Below, piece after piece: positions 26,640 to 32,000 of a stretch of DNA of 32,000 nt. This DNA comes from Candidatus Saganbacteria bacterium. GTDB lineage: Bacteria > Margulisbacteria > WOR-1 > JAKLHX01. The stretch lies in the NCBI GenBank assembly GCA_026387835.1, contig JAPLKZ010000013.1, positions 60,001 through 92,000 on the forward strand, written 5' to 3'. The translations under genes and the position numbers were made by a program. Position 1 is the stretch's first letter. Every line of letters begins with the position of its first letter. A model generated the notes under the pieces. It ran no database searches, was not told the origin of the DNA, and saw only the letters and a program-made list of their open reading frames with translations.

Positions 26640-26664
26640 ATATCAAATAAGCAAGGAAACTACT

Positions 26665-28338
26665 ATGGAACTCACGGGCGCGCAGGCGCTGCTTGAATCG
26701 TTAAAGAAAGAGGGGGTCGAGGTCATCTTCGGACTTCCCGGAGGACAGGTACTGCCTCTTTATGACGCGCTGTACAGTGAAAAAGGTATCAGGCATATCC
26801 TTGTCAGGCACGAACAGGGTGCGGGGCATGCTGCGGACGGCTACGCCAGGGCAAGCGGAAAAGTCGGGGTCTGCCTGGCTACTTCAGGTCCCGGCGCGAC
26901 GAATCTTGTCACGGCGATCGCGAATGCGCACATGGATTCTATCCCGATGGTCGCTATCACAGGGCAGGTCGGTACCGCTTTCCTCGGAAAAGATTCTTTC
27001 CAGGAAGCGGATATCACGGGAATAACGCTTCCCATTACAAAACATAGTTACCTTGTGAAGGATGCTTCTCAAATTCCTTATATCGTCAAGGAAGCGTTCC
27101 ATATCGCATCTACAGGAAGACCGGGCCCGGTCCTGATAGATATACCCAAAGATATTCAGATAAAAAAGATAGAATTCAATTATCCGGAGAAATTAGATCT
27201 GGATTCATATAAGCCGACATATCACGGCCATCCGAAGCAGATATCCATCGCTTCAAAACTGATCGACTCGGCGCAAAAGCCGATGATATATGCGGGAGGC
27301 GGTGTCATCATGGCGGGAGCTGAAAAAGAACTGCTTGAGCTCGCGACAAAAATATCGGCGCCTGTCACGACAACTTTGATGGGAAAAGGCGCTTTCCCGG
27401 AGACTCATCCGCTCTCTCTCGGAATGCTTGGGATGCACGGGACGGTCTATGCCAACTACGCGGTCACGGAATGCGATGTTCTCATCGCGATCGGCGCGAG
27501 GTTCGATGACAGGGTCACCGGCCACATAGACCATTTTGCGCCGAATGCCAAGATCATCCATATCGATATCGATCCCGCTGAAATAGGGAAAAATGTTTCC
27601 GTTGACATCCCCATAGTCGGCGATGTCAAGAATGTCCTTACGGCTCTAAACAAGCACGTCAAGCAAAAAGAAGCGCATTCGCCATGGATCGCGCAGGTCA
27701 TGGGATGGAAAGAAAAGCATCCGCTCTGCTATAAAGACGACGGAACGCTGAAGCCGCAGGCAGTCATAGAGAAAATATACGAAGTCACAAAGGGCGAAGC
27801 GATAATCTGCACTGAAGTCGGGCAGAACCAGATGTGGGCGGCGCAATATTATAAATATACCAAGCCGAGGACATTTATTTCTTCCGGCGGTCTTGGTACG
27901 ATGGGATTTGGGTTCCCTGCTGCTATAGGAGCGCAGGTCGCGTGTCCTGACAAGATAGTCATCGATATAGCGGGCGACGGAAGCATACAGATGAACATAC
28001 AGGAGTTAAATACAGCGGTAAATAATAAATTGCCGGTCATTATCGCTATTTTGAATAACCGTTATCTGGGGATGGTCCGCCAGTGGCAGGAACTTTTGCA
28101 CGGCAGAAGATATTCGCACACGGATCTGGAAGACAATCCCGATTTTGTCAAGATCGCGCAGGCTTACGGAGCGAACGCGATAAGGGTCGAAAAGCTCGAA
28201 GACGTCGGGCCGGCCCTGAAAAAAGCCATTGCTTCAAGAGACAAGCCGACCGTCATCGAGTTTGTTGTTACCAGGGAAGAGAATGTTTTTCCGTTCGTTC
28301 CCGCGGGACAGCCGATAAATGAAATGATAGTCGATTAA
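26665..28338 (+). CDS. ilvB: Acetolactate synthase large subunit
   Basis: [74 protein letters not shown] (TPP site). Confidence 0.97.
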   Translation: MELTGAQALLESLKKEGVEVIFGLPGGQVLPLYDALYSEKGIRHILVRHEQGAGHAADGYARASGKVGVCLATSGPGATNLVTAIANAHMDSIPMVAITGQVGTAFLGKDSFQEADITGITLPITKHSYLVKDASQIPYIVKEAFHIASTGRPGPVLIDIPKDIQIKKIEFNYPEKLDLDSYKPTYHGHPKQISIASKLIDSAQKPMIYAGGGVIMAGAEKELLELATKISAPVTTTLMGKGAFPETHPLSLGMLGMHGTVYANYAVTECDVLIAIGARFDDRVTGHIDHFAPNAKIIHIDIDPAEIGKNVSVDIPIVGDVKNVLTALNKHVKQKEAHSPWIAQVMGWKEKHPLCYKDDGTLKPQAVIEKIYEVTKGEAIICTEVGQNQMWAAQYYKYTKPRTFISSGGLGTMGFGFPAAIGAQVACPDKIVIDIAGDGSIQMNIQELNTAVNNKLPVIIAILNNRYLGMVRQWQELLHGRRYSHTDLEDNPDFVKIAQAYGANAIRVEKLEDVGPALKKAIASRDKPTVIEFVVTREENVFPFVPAGQPINEMIVD

Positions 28339-28349
28339 CACGGAAGAAA

Positions 28350-28841
28350 ATGATGAAAAAACATACAATAGCGGTGATCGTCAACAATAGAGCCGGGGTC
28401 CTGTCAAGGGTTTCCGGGCTTTTCAGCAGGCGCGGATACAACATCCACAGTCTTGCGGTGGGAACTACGGAGGATGAGGACCTTTCAAGGATGACGATCG
28501 TTGTCGAGGGCGACGATGAAGTCCTGGAACAGATCACAAAACAGCTTTATAAGATAATAGAAGTGGTAAGGGTTTACGAGCTTTCAAACATAAATGCCGT
28601 CGACAGGGAACTTGTCATGATAAAAGTCGCGGCCAGTGATATCACGAGACCGGAGATCCAGCAGATAGTCGATATCTTCAGGGCAAAGGTAGTCGATCTA
28701 GGGGAGACCGCGCTTATCATAGAGGCGACCGGAGATTCGAAGAAGATCGACGCGCTCGAAGAGCTGCTTAAAAAGTTTGGTATAAGGGAGATGGTAAGGA
28801 CAGGGAAGATCTCGCTGGCGAGAAGCGAAGAAACAAAATAA
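28350..28841 (+). CDS. ilvN: Acetolactate synthase small subunit
   Basis: HTIAVIVNNRAGVLSRVSGLFSRRGYNIHSLAVG ACT domain. Confidence 0.97.
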   Translation: MMKKHTIAVIVNNRAGVLSRVSGLFSRRGYNIHSLAVGTTEDEDLSRMTIVVEGDDEVLEQITKQLYKIIEVVRVYELSNINAVDRELVMIKVAASDITRPEIQQIVDIFRAKVVDLGETALIIEATGDSKKIDALEELLKKFGIREMVRTGKISLARSEETK

Positions 28842-28856
28842 AGAAAGGGGAAAGAA

Positions 28857-29858
28857 ATGGCGAAAGTTTATTATGATAAGGATGCGGACCTCAAGTTGTT
28901 GAAGGGAAAGACAGTTGCGATAATCGGTTACGGCAGCCAGGGCGGGGCACAGGGGAGCAATCTTAGGGACAGCGGCGTGGATGTTATCGTGGCCGAGCTT
29001 CCCGGGACACCTAACTACGAGCGTGCAAAAAAAGACAAGATGAAGATCATGACTGCAGATGAAGCGGCGAAACAGGCAGATATCATACAGATCCTTGTGC
29101 CTGATGAACTTCAGTCAAGGGTCTATAAGGAATCCATAGAGAAGCACCTGAAAAAAGGGAAAGTGCTTGTATTCTCACATGGGTTCAACATCCATTTTCA
29201 CCAGATAATCCCGCCCAAGGATGTCGATGTCATAATGATCGCGCCCAAAGGGCCGGGACCTCTTGTCAGAAAATTGTATGTTGATGGCGGCGGAGTGCCG
29301 GCTTTGATAGCGGTGTTCCAGGATGCTTCAGGGAAAGCAAAAAAGATAGCTCTCGCGCATGCCAAGGGCATCGGAGCGACACGCGCCGGAGTGCTTGAGA
29401 CGACATTCAAGGAAGAAACGGAGACCGACCTTTTCGGGGAGCAGGCGGTCCTTTGTGGCGGATGCACGGCGCTTGTGATCGCGGGGTTCGAGACGCTGGT
29501 CAACGCGGGCTACCAGCCCGAGATAGCTTATTTTGAATGCATGCACGAACTGAAGCTGATAGTCGACCTGATGTATGAAAAAGGTATGTCCGGGATGAGG
29601 GCGGCGATCAGCAACACGGCCGAGTACGGTGATTTCACAGTCGGGCCGTTCGTCATCGATGAGTCGGTCAGACAGAGGATGCAGTACGTGCTTTCAAGGA
29701 TCCAGACTGGAGCTTTCGCCAAAGAATGGATACTTGAGAACCAGGCGGGAAGGCCGGTATTCCTGGCGCACAGAAGAAGAGGCATCGAACATCTGATAGA
29801 AAAAGTCGGCAAAGAGCTCCGCAAGATGATGAGCTGGATACCGAAGACGAACGCTTAA
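28857..29858 (+). CDS. ilvC: Ketol-acid reductoisomerase
   Basis: [53 protein letters not shown], RSRxx-like C-terminal region. Confidence 0.97.
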   Translation: MAKVYYDKDADLKLLKGKTVAIIGYGSQGGAQGSNLRDSGVDVIVAELPGTPNYERAKKDKMKIMTADEAAKQADIIQILVPDELQSRVYKESIEKHLKKGKVLVFSHGFNIHFHQIIPPKDVDVIMIAPKGPGPLVRKLYVDGGGVPALIAVFQDASGKAKKIALAHAKGIGATRAGVLETTFKEETETDLFGEQAVLCGGCTALVIAGFETLVNAGYQPEIAYFECMHELKLIVDLMYEKGMSGMRAAISNTAEYGDFTVGPFVIDESVRQRMQYVLSRIQTGAFAKEWILENQAGRPVFLAHRRRGIEHLIEKVGKELRKMMSWIPKTNA

Positions 29859-29872
29859 GAGATCGTACTGCA

Positions 29873-31024
29873 GTGAAAAAACGCATCGCAGTACTGGGTT
29901 CAACAGGATCTATCGGAAAGCAGGTACTGGAAGCAGTATCTGCCTTTCCTTCTTTATTTACCATAAACGGGCTTGCCACTAAAGGTTATCTCGATATTTT
30001 CAAAAAGCAGATAAAAGAATTTAAACCAAAGCATGCTATTGTCAACGATGAGAAAGGATTGATAAAAATTGCTACAGATCCCGGCACGGATATCGTAGTG
30101 ATGTCGATCGTCGGGACAGCGGGACTTCCGGCAACCATAGCCGCAATAAAAAAAGGAAAGACGATCCTTCTTGCAAGCAAAGAAATACTTGTTGCTGCCG
30201 GGGATATTGTGATGCCTCTGGCAAAGAAGTACAGAGCTAAGATTCTTCCTCTGGATAGCGAGCACAGCGCGGTATTTCAGTGTCTTGGAGGAAAATCCGA
30301 AATCCGAAGCACGAAATCCCCCTCGACTTCGCTCGGGGCAAGCGAAAAAAATTCAAAATTCAAAATTCAAAACAACAGAATAAAAAAAATAATCCTCACT
30401 GCATCAGGCGGGCCGTTCAGGGCATATTCAAAAGCCCAACTGAAAAAAGTGACCGCAAAACAGGCCCTGGCGCATCCTACATGGAAGATGGGGCCGAAAA
30501 TAACGATAGATTCTGCTACGCTGATGAACAAAGGACTTGAGGTCATTGAAGCGCATCATCTTTTCGGGGTTCCTTATGACAAGATCGAGGTCGTCGTTCA
30601 TCCGCAGAGCATAATCCATTCGATGGTGGAATTCACCGACGGCTCTATTCTTGCTCAGATGGGAGCCCCTGATATGAGGACTCCGATACAGTATGCGCTT
30701 CATTATCCTGACAGGGCACCGAAGAGCTTTGAGACCATCGATATTTCAAAAGCCGGCCAATTAACATTTGAAAAACCGGACGCGGATAGGTTTCCGTGTC
30801 TAAAGATTGCATATCAAGCGGGAAAAACAGGCGGGACCATGCCGGCCGTGATGTCCGCGGCGAACGATACTGCGGTCGAGATGTTCCTTAAAGGCAAGAT
30901 CAGGTTCACGGATATTCCGAAGATAGTTTTATCGGTAATGAAAAAGCATGAGTTTATCAGAAAACCTTCACTTGCTCAGATACTCAAAGCGGAGAAATGG
31001 GCGAGAACTGAAGCGGGTGTATAA
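29873..31024 (+). CDS. dxr: 1-deoxy-D-xylulose-5-phosphate reductoisomerase
   Basis: [80 protein letters not shown] start. Confidence 0.96.
   Translation: MKKRIAVLGSTGSIGKQVLEAVSAFPSLFTINGLATKGYLDIFKKQIKEFKPKHAIVNDEKGLIKIATDPGTDIVVMSIVGTAGLPATIAAIKKGKTILLASKEILVAAGDIVMPLAKKYRAKILPLDSEHSAVFQCLGGKSEIRSTKSPSTSLGASEKNSKFKIQNNRIKKIILTASGGPFRAYSKAQLKKVTAKQALAHPTWKMGPKITIDSATLMNKGLEVIEAHHLFGVPYDKIEVVVHPQSIIHSMVEFTDGSILAQMGAPDMRTPIQYALHYPDRAPKSFETIDISKAGQLTFEKPDADRFPCLKIAYQAGKTGGTMPAVMSAANDTAVEMFLKGKIRFTDIPKIVLSVMKKHEFIRKPSLAQILKAEKWARTEAGV
30293..30373 (+). repeat. CGAAAT-type repeat inserted in frame in dxr (about 27 codons)
   Basis: AAATCCGAAATCCGAAGCACGAAATCCCCCTCGACTTCGCTCGGGGCAAGCGAAAAAAATTCAAAATTCAAAATTCAAAAC, encoding [27 protein letters not shown] between conserved CLGG and [13 protein letters not shown]. 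Confidence 0.85.
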
Positions 31025-31031
31025 TATACCT

Positions 31032-32000
31032 ATGGACAAAGGACAATTAGAAGTATTGCGCCATTCCACCTCCCACATAATGGCGATGGCGGTAAAGGAA
31101 CTTTTTCCGGAAGCAAAGCTGGCTATAGGCCCCGCGATAGAAGAAGGTTTTTATTATGATTTTGAGATCCCCAGCGTACTTACACCGGAAGACCTCAAGA
31201 AGATCGAAGACAAGATGAAAGAAATAATCAAAAGGGACATTAAATTCGAGCGGATCGAGATGGACAAGGGAAAAGCGATAAAAGAGATGGAAAAACTCGG
31301 GGAAAAATATAAAGTAGAGCTTTTAAAAGAAATTGAAGGTGACAAGGTTACTTTTTATAGGAATGCGGGCTTTACAGATCTTTGCAGAGGGCCGCATATC
31401 GAATCTACGGGAAAAGCAAAAGCTTTCAAGCTGCTCAAACTTGCAGGAGCATACTGGAGAGGAAGCGAAAAGAATAAAATGCTCCAGAGGATTTACGGGA
31501 CATCTTTTGACACGGAAAAAGAACTTGAAGATCATATTAAAAGGATGGAAGAAGCCGAGAAAAGAGACCACAGGCGTCTCGGAAAAGAGCTTGATCTTTT
31601 TAATATCTACCATGAAGAAGCGGGAGCCGGACTTGTGTTTTATCATCCGAAAGGCGCAGTCTTAAGGGGGGTGATAGAGGATTACCTGAAAGCAGAGCAC
31701 AGAAAACGCGGCTACCAGACGGTCATCATCCCTCATATTGCGAAAATGGATCTCTGGCAGACATCAGGCCACGCGGATTATTACAAAGACAACATGTATT
31801 TCATGGATATCGACGAACAAAAGTATGTGCTGAAACCGATGAACTGCCCGGGACATATTTTGATATACAAAAGGAAACTGAACAGCTACCGTGACCTGCC
31901 GGTAAGGTTTTTCGAACTTGGGACAGTATACAGGCATGAAAGGTCCGGCGTGCTCCACGGACTTCTAAGGGTCCGCGGTTTCACGCAGGATGACGCGCAT
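31032..32000 (+). CDS. thrS: Threonyl-tRNA synthetase, 3' truncated by the window; apparently lacks the TGS domain
   Basis: Continuous frame over 323 codons: [96 protein letters not shown]. Confidence 0.95.
   Translation, partial: MDKGQLEVLRHSTSHIMAMAVKELFPEAKLAIGPAIEEGFYYDFEIPSVLTPEDLKKIEDKMKEIIKRDIKFERIEMDKGKAIKEMEKLGEKYKVELLKEIEGDKVTFYRNAGFTDLCRGPHIESTGKAKAFKLLKLAGAYWRGSEKNKMLQRIYGTSFDTEKELEDHIKRMEEAEKRDHRRLGKELDLFNIYHEEAGAGLVFYHPKGAVLRGVIEDYLKAEHRKRGYQTVIIPHIAKMDLWQTSGHADYYKDNMYFMDIDEQKYVLKPMNCPGHILIYKRKLNSYRDLPVRFFELGTVYRHERSGVLHGLLRVRGFTQDDAH

Noticed and set aside
165-31958. Many 60-150 aa antisense or out-of-frame ORFs in the supplied track (e.g. 3002..3538, 8984..9355, 9401..9850, 9884..10546, 10449..11138, 20695..21570)
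   Set aside because: They lie opposite or inside well-supported genes with clear family motifs, and look like shadow ORFs of codon-biased sequence.
1-32000. Reverse transcriptase, Avd or template repeat of a DGR inside the window
   Set aside because: No ORF shows RT motifs (no YxDD-type palm or GxxxSQ-like region), and no near-copy of 14481-14600 was noticed by eye in the non-coding gaps. Any DGR must be encoded elsewhere.
1-32000. CRISPR arrays, tRNA/rRNA genes, prophage or IS elements
   Set aside because: No regular direct-repeat/spacer array, no tRNA-like or rRNA-like sequence, and no transposase, integrase or phage structural ORFs were seen by eye. A covariance-model scan would be needed to exclude small RNAs.

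Overview
The window looks like mostly conserved chromosome from an uncultivated, probably diderm bacterium. In order it carries: rsfS / LCP (LytR) / yqeK; a GlmU-like uridyltransferase without its acetyltransferase half; an NtrC-like regulator with an eroded AAA+ core; a phosphohexomutase; a LigB-like + AMMECR1 pair; argC-argJ-argB; an HEXXH protein; a GlcD-type FAD oxidase; rluD; a short accessory island (about 13.7-15.6 kb); ruvC-ruvA; a YqeG-like HAD phosphatase; a half-length SBP; a porin-like protein; ksgA/pdxA/aminotransferase/lipA; an 853-aa HExxH protein joined to a ZIP transporter; ilvB-ilvN-ilvC-dxr; and thrS (truncated by the window end). The best candidate for something unusual is the island. 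Its SUMF1/FGE-fold gene ends in a domain that looks like a diversity-generating retroelement (DGR) variable region, followed 22 nt after the stop by an 8-bp hairpin. No reverse transcriptase or template repeat was seen here, so any DGR would have to act in trans. Other strong observations: (1) several genes with a -10 box exactly 6 nt before the ATG, which predicts leaderless transcripts; (2) a dispersed 'CGAAATnCGAA' repeat inserted in frame in glcD and dxr, with a third copy in the ksgA-pdxA gap; (3) an unannotated 28-aa Arg/Lys-rich ORF with a near-consensus promoter; (4) the degenerate NtrC-like ATPase; (5) the HExxH protein-ZIP transporter pair.
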